Source of the DNA: Myxococcales bacterium
GTDB taxonomy: Bacteria > Desulfobacterota > Binatia > HRBIN30
Direction: 5' to 3'
Assembly (NCBI GenBank): GCA_037445065.1
Contig: JBBILD010000016.1
Span: 1-64,000 of the forward strand
Length of the DNA stretch: 64,000 nt
Shown here: positions 32,563 through 42,807 of the stretch, in pieces
How the letters are laid out: every line of letters starts with the position of its first letter
Position numbering within the stretch: the stretch's first letter is position 1
Position numbers and translations under genes: made by a program
Notes under the pieces: model-generated
The model's input: only the letters and a program-made list of their open reading frames with translations
What the model was told of the DNA's origin: nothing
The model's database searches: none

Positions 32563-33627
32563 ATGCCGACACCGCAAGAACTACTCGAGGCGCTTAAGAG
32601 CGTGAAGTATCCGGGCCTAGGGCGCGACATCGTGAGCTTCGGCTTCGTGCGCGACATCGAGGTTGGCTCGATGGCCGTGAAGGTCGTGCTCGCCCCGACC
32701 ACGGCGGACCCAGCCGTCCTCGCTGAATTGCAGAAGCGGGTGCAAGCGCGCTTGCAGGAGTTCCCCGCGCTACCACCGGTGGAAGTGGAGATTGTGCGTC
32801 CCGAACCCGTTCGTCGCCGCGCAGTGGTTTCGACGGGGGCGATCCCCGGGGTGCAATCCATTTTGGCGGTGGCTAGTGGCAAGGGAGGTGTGGGCAAGTC
32901 GGCAGTGGCGGTGCATCTCGCGTACGCTTTTTCTACGCTCGGCAAGCGTGTGGGTCTCCTGGATGCCGACATTTACGGGCCGAGCGTGCCGCAAATGCTC
33001 GCCCTCAGCGAGTCGCCGCGCATCACCGGGGCGCGCCGTATCCTGCCGCTCGAGCGGAGCGGCGTGAAGGTGATGTCCATGGGGCTGCTCATCGATCCGG
33101 GCCAGCCGGTCATCTGGCGCGGCCCCATGATCAGCAAAGTGTTGGGGCAATTCTTTCGCGACGTGGAGTGGGGCGAACTGGACGTGCTGGTGCTCGATTT
33201 GCCCCCTGGTACCGGGGACGCCCAACTGACCATCACCCAGGAGCTGTTGCTCACCGGCGGTGTGATCGTCACGACCCCCCATCCTCTCGCCTTGGAGGAT
33301 GTGCGCCGCGGGGTGGCGATGTTCCGGCAAGTGCACGCCCCTGTACTCGGCGTGATCGAGAACATGAGCTACTTCGTGTGTTCTGGTTGCGGCGAGCGCA
33401 GTGAGCCGTTTGCCCATGGCGGCGGGCAGCACCTCGCCGAGGAACTCGGCCTGCCCTTTCTCGGCGCAATCCCCCTCGCGCCGGCACTCATGCAGGCCGG
33501 AGAGATCGGCGAGCCGCTCATCTTGAGCGATCCGCAGCACCCAGTGAGCCAGACCTTCTTGGGCATGGCACAGCACCTGTGGGAAGAGATCGCCGCCCAC
33601 CCTGCTACTCTCCCCGTGGTGGAGTGA
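32563..33627 (+). CDS. mrp: Mrp/NBP35 (ApbC) Fe-S cluster carrier ATPase
   Basis: N-terminal DUF59-like domain; ASGKGGVGKS, DADIYGPS, WRGPM, DLPPGTGD, ENMS..CSGC. Confidence 0.92.
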   Translation: MPTPQELLEALKSVKYPGLGRDIVSFGFVRDIEVGSMAVKVVLAPTTADPAVLAELQKRVQARLQEFPALPPVEVEIVRPEPVRRRAVVSTGAIPGVQSILAVASGKGGVGKSAVAVHLAYAFSTLGKRVGLLDADIYGPSVPQMLALSESPRITGARRILPLERSGVKVMSMGLLIDPGQPVIWRGPMISKVLGQFFRDVEWGELDVLVLDLPPGTGDAQLTITQELLLTGGVIVTTPHPLALEDVRRGVAMFRQVHAPVLGVIENMSYFVCSGCGERSEPFAHGGGQHLAEELGLPFLGAIPLAPALMQAGEIGEPLILSDPQHPVSQTFLGMAQHLWEEIAAHPATLPVVE

Positions 33628-33659
33628 AGCCGGCCCGCCCCGAAAGCTCCAGCGTGCGA

Positions 33660-34150
33660 ATTCGTAGGGCGGCCCTTGTGGTCGCAGGAAGAGCACCGCG
33701 AGCCGCCAGCAGCGAGCGGTAAGCGGCGAATGGTGAGTTGCGAATGTTCGTTCGAACCGCACCGGTTACCCGCGGCACGGCGCCACGTGCGAGACGGTGT
33801 AGGGGCGGCCCTTGTGGCCGCCCGTGGCGCCACCGATACGGCGTGTCGGTCGTGCACACGCGATGCCGAAAACATGCCTGCCGTGTCCGCCCGAACCCGG
33901 GCCGCGACTGACGCATTGGGTTCGATTTGGCACACGGTCAGGCGCAAGGCCTCGCCATACAACCTGAACGTGGCACGAACCTGCGACCGGCCGTTGACCA
34001 CATTTTGCTTCCCCTGCCACGCTGCCACGACACATCCACTCTGCCCCCAATGCGAGCAACGCTGAAGGCGTTGCTCCAATACAGCCCGGGGTTGGTGCCG
34101 GGCGCCACCCCCAAAAGCCGCAGCGCAACCCGGAAAGGGTTACGCTGTCC
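33660..34150 (+). repeat. Composite REP-containing intergenic element, copy 4
   Basis: REP at 33664; 7-mer array 33695-33743; REP1 33799-33823; reversed REP2 33936-33960; hairpins at 34054-34076 and about 34119-34147. Confidence 0.87.
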
Positions 34151-34642
34151 GGACCACGTACACTGGGATGCCCTAATGCATGCCTGCAACCCGAAACGGG
34201 CTGCGCCAGCGGCGACCTGCAATGGGCGACGGAACCTGCACCGGCTGTCCCCACCACCATGCAATGCGGAAAGCGGCGCGGAGCACAGCCTGACCTCGAC
34301 GCACAGCGTGTCGGACACGGGGGTCGCCTGGGGTCGCAAGGGAGGCGACGCAGTGGCGTTTGGGAGGTGCAAACGCGGGCGCTCAGCAGCGCCCGCCCGC
34401 GCCTCTCAACGCTTCGCCCATCCAGCCCCGCCGCCCACGGCCCGCGTTTGCGTCTCCCTTCATGGCGAGTTTTTGCTGGAAAGGCAAGGCCAGGGTGCCC
34501 TTCGCGACCGTGGCGGGATCGGTCGCAGGGCGCGAAGAAATGGAACGGCGCGCGGGTGGGCAGCGGCTCGAGTGCGAACGGTTGCCCCGGCCCTTGATGC
34601 TTCCGTGTGCTGCCCGCAGGCCGCGCGCCGCCCTTGTGCTGC

Positions 34643-35827
34643 TCAACGGGGCACGAGAAACCAGAGCCTTCCCCGGTGGCGCAGGTTGCTCGCTTGCGCC
34701 TCGGCCAACTCTCCGCTTCCGCAGTACAGGTCAACGCGCCCACTCCCGCTCACTGTGGTGCCGCTATCTTGCAGGAAGACCAAGCGCCGGTACGCCTTAC
34801 CGCGTCCGCCCGCTTCTGCATCCGGCTGCATTTCGAGAAATGCCACCGTCCCGTGCGGGTACACTGCCGGATCCGCGGCAAGCGAACGCCCCGCGGTGAG
34901 CGGGACTTGGCAGCTTCCCATCGGCCCGGCCACCACCCCGCGGAAGAACACGTACTGCGGATTCAAAGCAAACAAGTCGCGCTGCTCTTCGGGATGGGCA
35001 CGCAAATAGTCTTTAAGATCCCGCAGGGACACCGCGCCTGGCGGAAGCTTGCCCTGCTCGCTGAGCACCTTGCCCAGGGACACGTACGGGTGCCCGTTGG
35101 AACTGGCGTAACTGATTTGCAAGCGCACGCCGTCTTCGAGTTCGAGCAGGGCCGAGCCTTGCACGTGCAGAAAGTAGGCCTCCACAGGATCCTCGAGCCA
35201 GGCGAGTTCGTAGCCGCGTCCGCCCAGCGCCCCGGCTTCGATCTCGCTGCGCGTGAAGTACGGAACGAGTTTCCCGTCCTTCACCCGCCCTTGCAAAACG
35301 CGCGGCGGGCAAGTGGGGCACCATTCCCGCAGATCCACATCCACGAGATCGTCGGGCGGACGGTACACCGGATAGCGGAAACGCTCGTTGCGCTTGCGGC
35401 TGGCGCGCAGCTCTGGCTGATAGTAGCCAGCCACCACCAGCGAATCGCCCGCAGCAGGCGCGCGCAAAGCGACGGCCTCGCACAAGGCTAAAGGCTGCTG
35501 TGCGTGTTCTTTGACGAGTTGCGTCACGCGTACCAGCTCGCGCACCGAAAGCTCGCGCCCGCCGACGGTGACGCGCCGCTCGAGCGGCAGGCGGGAGAGA
35601 TACTCGAGATTGCGCTCCGCAGCTTGGAGCAGGGTGTCGGGTGTGGCGTCGTCTTGCAGGAGGCGCCGGCACTCGCCGGGATCGGCAATCTCCTGGCCAG
35701 CGCTGCCGCGCTCCGCCGGCGGGGGCACCGGGGCCACCCGCTCCGTGCCTTGCTCGGCCGCACAACCGGCGAGGGCAAGCGCGACGGTCCAAGCGAGGAT
35801 CGTGACCGGTGCGATGCGTGCGCGCAT
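34643..35827 (-). CDS. mltA: Membrane-bound lytic murein transglycosylase A
   Basis: Lipobox LAGC; GYYQP, FLHVQGS, NPQYVFF motifs; 3D domain (SLAADP, QDSGT, GRVDLY). Confidence 0.9.
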   Translation of the reverse strand: MRARIAPVTILAWTVALALAGCAAEQGTERVAPVPPPAERGSAGQEIADPGECRRLLQDDATPDTLLQAAERNLEYLSRLPLERRVTVGGRELSVRELVRVTQLVKEHAQQPLALCEAVALRAPAAGDSLVVAGYYQPELRASRKRNERFRYPVYRPPDDLVDVDLREWCPTCPPRVLQGRVKDGKLVPYFTRSEIEAGALGGRGYELAWLEDPVEAYFLHVQGSALLELEDGVRLQISYASSNGHPYVSLGKVLSEQGKLPPGAVSLRDLKDYLRAHPEEQRDLFALNPQYVFFRGVVAGPMGSCQVPLTAGRSLAADPAVYPHGTVAFLEMQPDAEAGGRGKAYRRLVFLQDSGTTVSGSGRVDLYCGSGELAEAQASNLRHRGRLWFLVPR

Positions 35828-35838
35828 GGCTCCGGACT

Positions 35839-37035
35839 TCACGCGCCTGCCCCGCCTTCGGCAGCGAGTCGGCGTGCAGCGGCGGCCACACCCGCTCCCG
35901 CTTCCACCCGCCTGCCGCACTGCGGCAATACGTGTTCGAGGGCGACGAGCAAGCGCAGCACGTTGCCCGCGGTACTCGACTCGCCCATGAGGCCGATCCT
36001 CCACACCCGTCCCTTGAACGGGCCCAACCCCGCCCCCACCTCGATGCCGTGCTGTTCGAGCAGCAACTGCCGCACCCGTGCTTCCTCCACTCCCTCAGGC
36101 ACCGCCACTGCATGCAAGGTCCACAAGTGGTGTCCGGGCTCAGAGGCGAGGTGAAGGCCGAGGGCTTCGAGCCCGGCTACCAGTGCGCGGTGGTGCCTCT
36201 CGTGCCGGCGCCAGCGCGCTTCCAAACCTTCTTCTTCGATGAGGCGCAAGGCCTCCAGGAGCGCGTAGTTCATCGAGATGGGGGCGGTGTGGTGGTAGAC
36301 TCGCTCGCTGCCCCAGTACCGGGCGAGCAACGACACATCGAGATACCACGAGCGCACCGGAGTGCGCCGTCTTTCGATGGCCTCGAGCGCCCGCGGGGAG
36401 AGGGCCAGTGGCGCCAGCCCGGGCGGCGCACTCAAGCATTTTTGCGTGCCGGAGTAACAAGCATCGATCTGCCAGCGGTCCACGTACACGGGATGGCCAG
36501 CCAGCGAGGTAACCGTATCCACCACCAAGAGCGCTCCACATTCGTGCGCCAGGCGTGAGATGTCTTCCAATGGTTGCAGCACCCCGGTGGAGGTCTCCGC
36601 ATGCACCACCGCTACCAGCTTCGGTCGCCGGCACTGGGCTAAAGCCTTGCCCACCTGGGTGGGATCTACGGTACGTCCCCACGGCGCCTCGACCACGTGC
36701 ACCTCGGCGCCGCAGCGGCGGGCAATTTCGGCCATGCGCTGGCCGAACAGGCCGTGCACGCACACCACCGCTTGGTCGCCCTCCTCGAGCAGATTGACGA
36801 GCGCTGCTTCCATCCCCGCGCTCCCGGTGCCGGAGATAGGAATCGTGAAGGCGTTCTCGGTTTGAAACAGCCAGCGCAACAGGCGCTTGATCTCTTCCAT
36901 GATGGCGAGAAAGGCCGGGTCGAGATGGCCCACCAGCGGCGAGGCCAGTGCCTGCAGCACACGCGGGTGCACCATGCTCGGCCCCGGGCCGAGCAACAAA
37001 CGATCGGGGGGTGGAAGCAAACGGACTTGACTCAT
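35839..37035 (-). CDS. Alanine/serine-glyoxylate aminotransferase (class V PLP enzyme)
   Basis: [36 protein letters not shown] (PLP Lys), YHHTAP. Confidence 0.9.
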   Translation of the reverse strand: MSQVRLLPPPDRLLLGPGPSMVHPRVLQALASPLVGHLDPAFLAIMEEIKRLLRWLFQTENAFTIPISGTGSAGMEAALVNLLEEGDQAVVCVHGLFGQRMAEIARRCGAEVHVVEAPWGRTVDPTQVGKALAQCRRPKLVAVVHAETSTGVLQPLEDISRLAHECGALLVVDTVTSLAGHPVYVDRWQIDACYSGTQKCLSAPPGLAPLALSPRALEAIERRRTPVRSWYLDVSLLARYWGSERVYHHTAPISMNYALLEALRLIEEEGLEARWRRHERHHRALVAGLEALGLHLASEPGHHLWTLHAVAVPEGVEEARVRQLLLEQHGIEVGAGLGPFKGRVWRIGLMGESSTAGNVLRLLVALEHVLPQCGRRVEAGAGVAAAARRLAAEGGAGA

Positions 37036-37136
37036 GCGATCCTCGGAGGTTGCCTCGATAGTCAATTGGCCAGCTTGGCTCCAGGCGCGGCCTCGGCGGG
37101 ACGGTGTTGCGTGGACAAGTGCCGCGCCGCTGGCGT

Positions 37137-39530
37137 ATGGAACCATTCGTGAAGCTGGCAAGAAGCAGCGAAGGGGCGGTCGCGGCAGGATGCGAACGTG
37201 CGGTGTATCTGGTCGAGGCCGCCTCGTGGCTCGAGCGCCGCGTCTTGCGCCGGTACCTCGAGCGGCAAGGGGCAGCGACCAGCGAGGTCCTGTGGCTGCC
37301 CTCGCCGCGCAGGCAGCGCAAGTTCGTCCCCGACTCCCGCTTCGAGGCAGCGTTGAGCGCGAGCGATAACCCCAGGTTCGTGCCGGTGCGCTTGATTTGG
37401 CATCCACCGCGCCGGGGCGGCGTGCGGGAAGCGCGGCTGCGCGATTTGCTGACCTTTGGCGACCCGCGCGACCCGGGGTGGTTGCGCCAGCTCTGGGTCT
37501 TTTCCCGCCATCCCGATCGCTGGGAGGTGCTGGCCGGCGAACCAGCACGCTTGTCGGAACTGCGCGAGCGCTGGCAGCAGCAAGCACGGCTCGACGCGCA
37601 GCATACGCACGGACTGGCAGAATTTGTGGCCCGGCAAGCGGCACTCGCGTTGGAGCGCGCCGAACGTCGCCAGCGCGGCGCCCGCTATAAAGTGCCGCGT
37701 TTCGTGCACGAGGAGATCCTGGCGCGCCCCGCCTTTCGTGCCAGTATGGCGCACGTGGCACGCCAACTCGGCGTGGGTGAAGAAGAGGTGATGCGGCGCG
37801 CGACCAAGAACCTGCGCGAGATCGCTGCCACCCACAGTCCGTACGTCATAGACCTGGTCGCCAACCTCGTACGCTTGCTCTACCGCCAGGGCTACACGCA
37901 ACTGGTGTACGAGCGCAGCGAGATGGCGCGGGTGGCGGAGCTTTTGCAGCGCTATCCGGTTTGCTTCCTGCCCTCGCACAAGTCGAATCTCGACCATTTG
38001 GTGTTGCAGTATGCCTTGCACGAAAACGGCCTGCCGCCCAACCATACCGCCGGCGGCGACAACATGAATTTTTTCCCGGTGGGGCCGCTGATGCGCCGCT
38101 CGGGCGTGTTTTTCATCCGCCGCTCCTTCAAAGACGATGCGCTCTACAAAATCGTCCTGCGCCATTACCTCGACTACCTGATCGAGAAGCGCTTCTCGCT
38201 CGAGTGGTACATCGAAGGCGGTCGCTCGCGCTCGGGCAAGTTGCTTCCGCCGCGCTACGGGCTGCTGTCCTACGTGATTGACGCGTATCGCCGCGGCAAG
38301 AGTGAAGATGTGGTCCTACTGCCAGTCTCGATTACCTACGACCAAATCCAAGACATTAGCGAGTACGTGCAAGAGCACCGCGGCGCCGCCAAGGAGCGCG
38401 AGAGTTTGCGCTGGCTCATGCGCGTGCTCGGGCGCTTACGGCGCCGCTACGGCAGCATTCACATCCGCTTTGGCGAGCCTCTCTTTTTGAGCCAAGCGCT
38501 CGCCCGCGGCCAGGAAGGGAGCGGTACGGCGAGCGAGGAGCCCGACCTGGCGGTACGCAAGATCGCCTTCGAGGTGTGCGTGCGCATGAATCGCTCGACC
38601 CCGATCACCCCCGTGTCGCTGCTCACCATGGCCTTGCTCAGCGTGGCCGATCGGGCGTTGAGCTTGCGCGAGATCTGTGCCTTGCTGGCCGACTTGTGCG
38701 GGCTGGTCGAGCGGCGCGGGCTACCGGTCACCGCTCGCCTCGACGCCGGTGACGAAGCGAGTGTGGCGGCGGTGCTCGCGGCGCTCGAGGAAAGCGGGGT
38801 CGCCTCGCGCTTTGCCGAGGGCCCGCAGCCCGTCTACGCCATCGTGCCGGAGCAAGCGCTCGTGGCTGCCTACTACCGCAACACCGTGGTGCACTTCTTT
38901 GTCGCGCAAGCACTGGCCGAACTCGCCTTGCTGGCCGTGGCCGAAGCGCGCGAGCGAGCGCCGGCCAGCGGCGGCGAGGCGGGCGACGCGCTGGCCCTTT
39001 TCTGGCAAGAGCTGTTGCGCCTGCGCGATTTGTTCAAGTTCGAGTTTTTCTTTCCCGAAAAGGACCAGTTCCGCCGCGAAGTCGGGCGCGAGCTGGCCTT
39101 GCACGACCCGGATTGGGAGGCGCGCGTGCAGGTGGGGGAAGAGGGGGCGCGCCAGGTGCTCGCGCGGATTCGCCCGTACGTCGCACCCGGGGCACTACGC
39201 GCCTTCGCGGAAGCGTACCGCGTGGTCGCGCACGCGCTGCTCTTGCTTCCGGTGGCAGAGGGTGTGGAGGAAAAGCGGTTTCTGGCCCGTTGCATGGGGC
39301 TCGCTCGCCAGTATCACTTGCAGCGTCGCGTGCGCAGCAGCGAGTCGCTCTCGCAGGTGTTGATGCGCTCGGGGCTCGAACTTGCGCGCAACCAGGGGCT
39401 TCTGGGTGAGGAATGCACGCGGGAGAAGCGCCAGCGGTTTGCGGATGAGTGGGACGCTTTGGTGCGCCGGCTCGATGCCATCGAAGCGCTCGCCAGTGCC
39501 CGCTTTGCCACCGAGGTGCAAAACCGATGA
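37137..39530 (+). CDS. plsB: Glycerol-3-phosphate 1-O-acyltransferase (PlsB family)
   Basis: PSHKSNLD (HxxxxD), [16 protein letters not shown] acyltransferase blocks. Confidence 0.87.
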   Translation: MEPFVKLARSSEGAVAAGCERAVYLVEAASWLERRVLRRYLERQGAATSEVLWLPSPRRQRKFVPDSRFEAALSASDNPRFVPVRLIWHPPRRGGVREARLRDLLTFGDPRDPGWLRQLWVFSRHPDRWEVLAGEPARLSELRERWQQQARLDAQHTHGLAEFVARQAALALERAERRQRGARYKVPRFVHEEILARPAFRASMAHVARQLGVGEEEVMRRATKNLREIAATHSPYVIDLVANLVRLLYRQGYTQLVYERSEMARVAELLQRYPVCFLPSHKSNLDHLVLQYALHENGLPPNHTAGGDNMNFFPVGPLMRRSGVFFIRRSFKDDALYKIVLRHYLDYLIEKRFSLEWYIEGGRSRSGKLLPPRYGLLSYVIDAYRRGKSEDVVLLPVSITYDQIQDISEYVQEHRGAAKERESLRWLMRVLGRLRRRYGSIHIRFGEPLFLSQALARGQEGSGTASEEPDLAVRKIAFEVCVRMNRSTPITPVSLLTMALLSVADRALSLREICALLADLCGLVERRGLPVTARLDAGDEASVAAVLAALEESGVASRFAEGPQPVYAIVPEQALVAAYYRNTVVHFFVAQALAELALLAVAEARERAPASGGEAGDALALFWQELLRLRDLFKFEFFFPEKDQFRREVGRELALHDPDWEARVQVGEEGARQVLARIRPYVAPGALRAFAEAYRVVAHALLLLPVAEGVEEKRFLARCMGLARQYHLQRRVRSSESLSQVLMRSGLELARNQGLLGEECTREKRQRFADEWDALVRRLDAIEALASARFATEVQNR

Positions 39531-39650
39531 GCCAAGTACCGCCCCTGGCGATTGCCGCGCAGAGCTGCGAACCGCGCAGCAGCCGGCCGCAGAGAACGCC
39601 ACACCAGGGTGCTGCCGGATGCGGGCGCGGCTCGAGGAGGAGGTGAGAAG

Positions 39651-41078
39651 ATGTTGTCGCACGCGTTGCGCGAGCGCTTGCGCGCGATTGTCGGCGAGAG
39701 TGGGTTCTTGGACCGTATCGAAGATCTGCACGTGTACGAGTGCGACGGCTTCACGCTCGCCCGTTCCGCCCCCGAGCTGGTGCTCTTGCCGGAGACGCGC
39801 GAGCAACTGGTCGAGGTCGTCCGCCTGCTGCGCGAGGACTGCGTGCCCTTCGTACCGCGCGGGGCAGGTACCGGGCTCAGTGGCGGCTGCGTGCCGCTGG
39901 AGGCACCGGTGATGATCGGCACCAGCCGGCTCAAGCGCATCCTCGCTGTGGACAGCCGCAACCGCCGCGTTTGGGTCGAGGCCGGGGTGGTGAACCTGGC
40001 GGTGAGCCAGCAGGTTCGGGAATTCGGTTTGTTTTACGCCCCCGATCCCTCCAGCCAGGCAGCCTGCTCGATCGGCGGCAACATCGCGGAGAATTCGGGC
40101 GGGCCGCACACGCTCAAGTACGGGGTGACAACCAACCACGTGCTCGGCGTGGAACTGGTGCTGCCCGACGGTGAGGTAGTGGAATTGGGTGGATGGGTGG
40201 AAGACGTGCCCGGCTATGATCTGACCGGCTTCGTGGTCGGCTCCGAGGGAACGTGCGGCATCGTGACCAGCGCGGTGCTGCGCTTGTTGCGTCAGCCGGC
40301 AAGCTACCTCACGCTGCTCGTTTCCTTTCCGACCGTGGCCGCGGCTACCGAAGCGGTCTCCGCCATCATTGCCGCCGGGGTCATCCCCGCTGCGTTGGAA
40401 ATGATGGACGGGCTCATCGTGCAGGCGGTGGAAGACGCCTTTGCCGCTGGCTTGCCGCGTGCCGCGGGCGCCGTATTGCTGATCGAGTTGGACGGCTTGC
40501 CCTCCGCACTGCGGCGCGACGGACAGGAGGTCGAGAAATTGTGCCGGCAGGCGGGGGCGCTGGAAGTGCGGCGCGCACAGGATGCGGCCGAGCGTGAGGG
40601 GTTGTGGAAATGCCGCAAGCGAGCCTTCGGTGCCGTGGGCCGCTTGGCCCCCAACTATTGCACCCAGGACGGTGTGGTGCCGCGTACCCGCCTGCCGGAC
40701 ATTTTGGCGCGCATTGCGGCCATTGGCGAAACCTACCGGTTGCGCATCGGCAATGTGTTCCACGCCGGCGACGGCAACATCCACCCGATTCTTCTTTACG
40801 ACGAGCGCGACGAAGACGAGGTGCGCCGGGTCATCGAGGCCGGCAACGAAATCCTGGCGGCATGCGTCGAGTTGGGTGGCAGCATCACCGGCGAGCACGG
40901 CATCGGCGTGGAAAAAATGGGGCAACTGCCGCTCCTCTTCTCGAGCGAAGACTTGATGGTCATGCGCCAACTGCGCCTGGTGTTCGACCCTGAGGAGCGC
41001 TGCAACCCCGGAAAATTCGTACCGGCGCCCGGCAGTTGCGTGGAGCTTCGCCGGCCACGCCGACAAGTGCCGTTGTAA
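39651..41078 (+). CDS. glcD: Glycolate oxidase subunit D (FAD-linked oxidase)
   Basis: RGAGTGLSGG, YAPDPSSQAACSIGGNIAENSGG, HAGDGNIHP, GEHGIG motifs; strong RBS before ATG at 39651. Confidence 0.88.
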   Translation: MLSHALRERLRAIVGESGFLDRIEDLHVYECDGFTLARSAPELVLLPETREQLVEVVRLLREDCVPFVPRGAGTGLSGGCVPLEAPVMIGTSRLKRILAVDSRNRRVWVEAGVVNLAVSQQVREFGLFYAPDPSSQAACSIGGNIAENSGGPHTLKYGVTTNHVLGVELVLPDGEVVELGGWVEDVPGYDLTGFVVGSEGTCGIVTSAVLRLLRQPASYLTLLVSFPTVAAATEAVSAIIAAGVIPAALEMMDGLIVQAVEDAFAAGLPRAAGAVLLIELDGLPSALRRDGQEVEKLCRQAGALEVRRAQDAAEREGLWKCRKRAFGAVGRLAPNYCTQDGVVPRTRLPDILARIAAIGETYRLRIGNVFHAGDGNIHPILLYDERDEDEVRRVIEAGNEILAACVELGGSITGEHGIGVEKMGQLPLLFSSEDLMVMRQLRLVFDPEERCNPGKFVPAPGSCVELRRPRRQVPL

Positions 41079-41225
41079 CCGGGGAGTTGCCTGGGTCGCG
41101 CTGGCACGCAGGGCGGAAGCCGCCGCTGCCGGGGCACGAGATGATGCAGAGGTTGGCAGGGCACGCGGGTTTGGTAGAGTCGGGCGACCCGCAAGTGCGG
41201 ATCCCGAGCAGAGAAAGGCACGCGT

Positions 41226-41546
41226 ATGGATGTGGAAATTCAAGCCCAGCACACGGAAGTGCACCCCCGTTGGCGCGACGTGATCGAACGCGGCGCGGCG
41301 AAGGTACGCGAGCTGTGCCAGGACGTGCTCCGCTTGCACGTCACCCTCGTGCACAGCCCGCACCATTTGCGCGGGGCGGAGGAGGTGCGTTTGGTGGCGC
41401 ACGTGCCCGGGGAAACGCTGACAGCGCACAAGCGCGCCGCCGACATGGGTGAGGCGTTGCACGCGGCCTTCAAAGCGCTCGAGCAAGAGCTGCGCTCGTT
41501 TGTCGAGCGGCGGCGCGAGCGCCACCGCCAGCCGAAACGCACCTGA
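41226..41546 (+). CDS. HPF/RaiA family ribosome-associated protein (divergent, short)
   Basis: 106 aa; MDVEIQAQH start, beta-rich middle and D...A...AF..LE.EL helix resembling the S30AE fold. Confidence 0.65.
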   Translation: MDVEIQAQHTEVHPRWRDVIERGAAKVRELCQDVLRLHVTLVHSPHHLRGAEEVRLVAHVPGETLTAHKRAADMGEALHAAFKALEQELRSFVERRRERHRQPKRT

Positions 41547-41553
41547 GCGCGCC

Positions 41554-42615
41554 GTGGCTGCCAGCAACGCTCGCTCGCACCCGCTCGCGCCAGGCAAGCT
41601 ACCGCGCCGTGCGCTCGAAGCGCTGCTTCGCTACCGCGGAGCTGCCGACGCGCGCGTGCTGGTTGGCCCCGGCTTTGGGCGCGACGCAGCAGTGGTGGAT
41701 CTGGGCGAGCGGGTGCTGGTGCTCAAAAGCGATCCGGTAACGTTTACCGCCCAGGAAGTGGGCTGGTACGCGGTACACGTGAACGCCAACGACTTGGCAG
41801 TGCTCGGTTGCGCTCCCGCTTGGTTCCAAGCGACGCTCTTGCTGCCGGTGGGGGCGACGGCGGCGCTGGCGCGCTCGATTGCGCGCGACATCCACGCCGC
41901 GGCGCGCCAGCTCGGGATTGCGGTGACCGGCGGCCATACCGAGGTTACGCCGGCAGTGACGCAACCGGTGGTGGCCGGCGACCTCCAGGGCGTGGCGCGG
42001 CGCCGCGAGCTGGTACTCCCCGGTCGGGCGCGCCCGGGTGACCTCTTGCTGATCACCAAAACTGCCGGCCTCGAAGGCACCTCCATTCTGGCCCGCTCGT
42101 TTCCGCGCCGCGCCTTGCGTTTGCTCGGCCAGCGCAAGGCCGCCCGTGCGGCGCGCTTTCACCGCAACCCGGGGATCTCGGTGGTGCGCGAGGCACTGCT
42201 CGCGGCGCGGCTCGGCGTTACGGCCATGCACGACCCTACCGAAGGCGGCGTGCGCGCTGGCCTGGTGGAGCTAGCAGCGGCCTCGGGAGTGGCCCTGGCG
42301 GTGGATCTCGACCGCATCCCAGTTGCCGGCGAGACGGTACTGCTTTGCCGCCACTTTGCCCTCGATCCGCTGGCACTGATCAGCTCAGGTGCCTTGCTCG
42401 CCACGGTGCCGCCCCGGCATTGGCCGGCCCTGCAACAAGCGTGGGCGGAGAGCAGCATTGCCAGCGCCTGCATCGGTGTGGTCAAAGCTGGCAGCGGAAT
42501 CGAAGCGAGGCTCTGGGGCAAACGCGTGCGCTGGCAGTGGTCGGAGCAAGACGAACTGGCCCGCTTGTTCGGCCAGCGAGGCTACCGCCGGCGAAGCGGA
42601 CGTGTTATGCGCTAG
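41554..42615 (+). CDS. AIR synthase-related protein (PurM/HypE-like)
   Basis: GKLP, GRDAAVV, KSDPVT, NANDLA, GGHTEVT, MHDPTEGG, LISSG motifs. Confidence 0.85.
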   Translation: MAASNARSHPLAPGKLPRRALEALLRYRGAADARVLVGPGFGRDAAVVDLGERVLVLKSDPVTFTAQEVGWYAVHVNANDLAVLGCAPAWFQATLLLPVGATAALARSIARDIHAAARQLGIAVTGGHTEVTPAVTQPVVAGDLQGVARRRELVLPGRARPGDLLLITKTAGLEGTSILARSFPRRALRLLGQRKAARAARFHRNPGISVVREALLAARLGVTAMHDPTEGGVRAGLVELAAASGVALAVDLDRIPVAGETVLLCRHFALDPLALISSGALLATVPPRHWPALQQAWAESSIASACIGVVKAGSGIEARLWGKRVRWQWSEQDELARLFGQRGYRRRSGRVMR

Positions 42616-42639
42616 CGCTCACCCGTCCGGGAGGAGAGC

Positions 42640-42795
42640 ATGCCTGAGACCATTGTCTGTGAGCACTGCGGCTTGCCCGTAGAAAAGAAACAAGCAGAGA
42701 TCGTAGTGGTGGACGACTGGCCACATTACTTTTGCTCGGAGCAGTGCAAGATCGAGTGGGGCGAGCTCGGTGAGGCCGAGGAAGAGGAGCTTTGA
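42640..42795 (+). CDS. Small TRASH/YHS-type metal-binding protein, 51 aa
   Basis: Hand translation MPETIVCEHCGLPVEKKQAEIVVVDDWPHYFCSEQCKIEWGELGEAEEEEL; GGAGGAG RBS; absent from the ORF track. Confidence 0.8.
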   Translation: MPETIVCEHCGLPVEKKQAEIVVVDDWPHYFCSEQCKIEWGELGEAEEEEL

Positions 42796-42807
42796 GGGCG
42801 GCAAGTG

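Noticed and set aside
39195..41597. Long antisense or alternate-frame ORFs (800 aa here; also 9320-11512 and 18966-21044)
   Set aside because: They lie opposite well-supported genes and show no recognisable motifs; expected shadow ORFs in GC-rich DNA.
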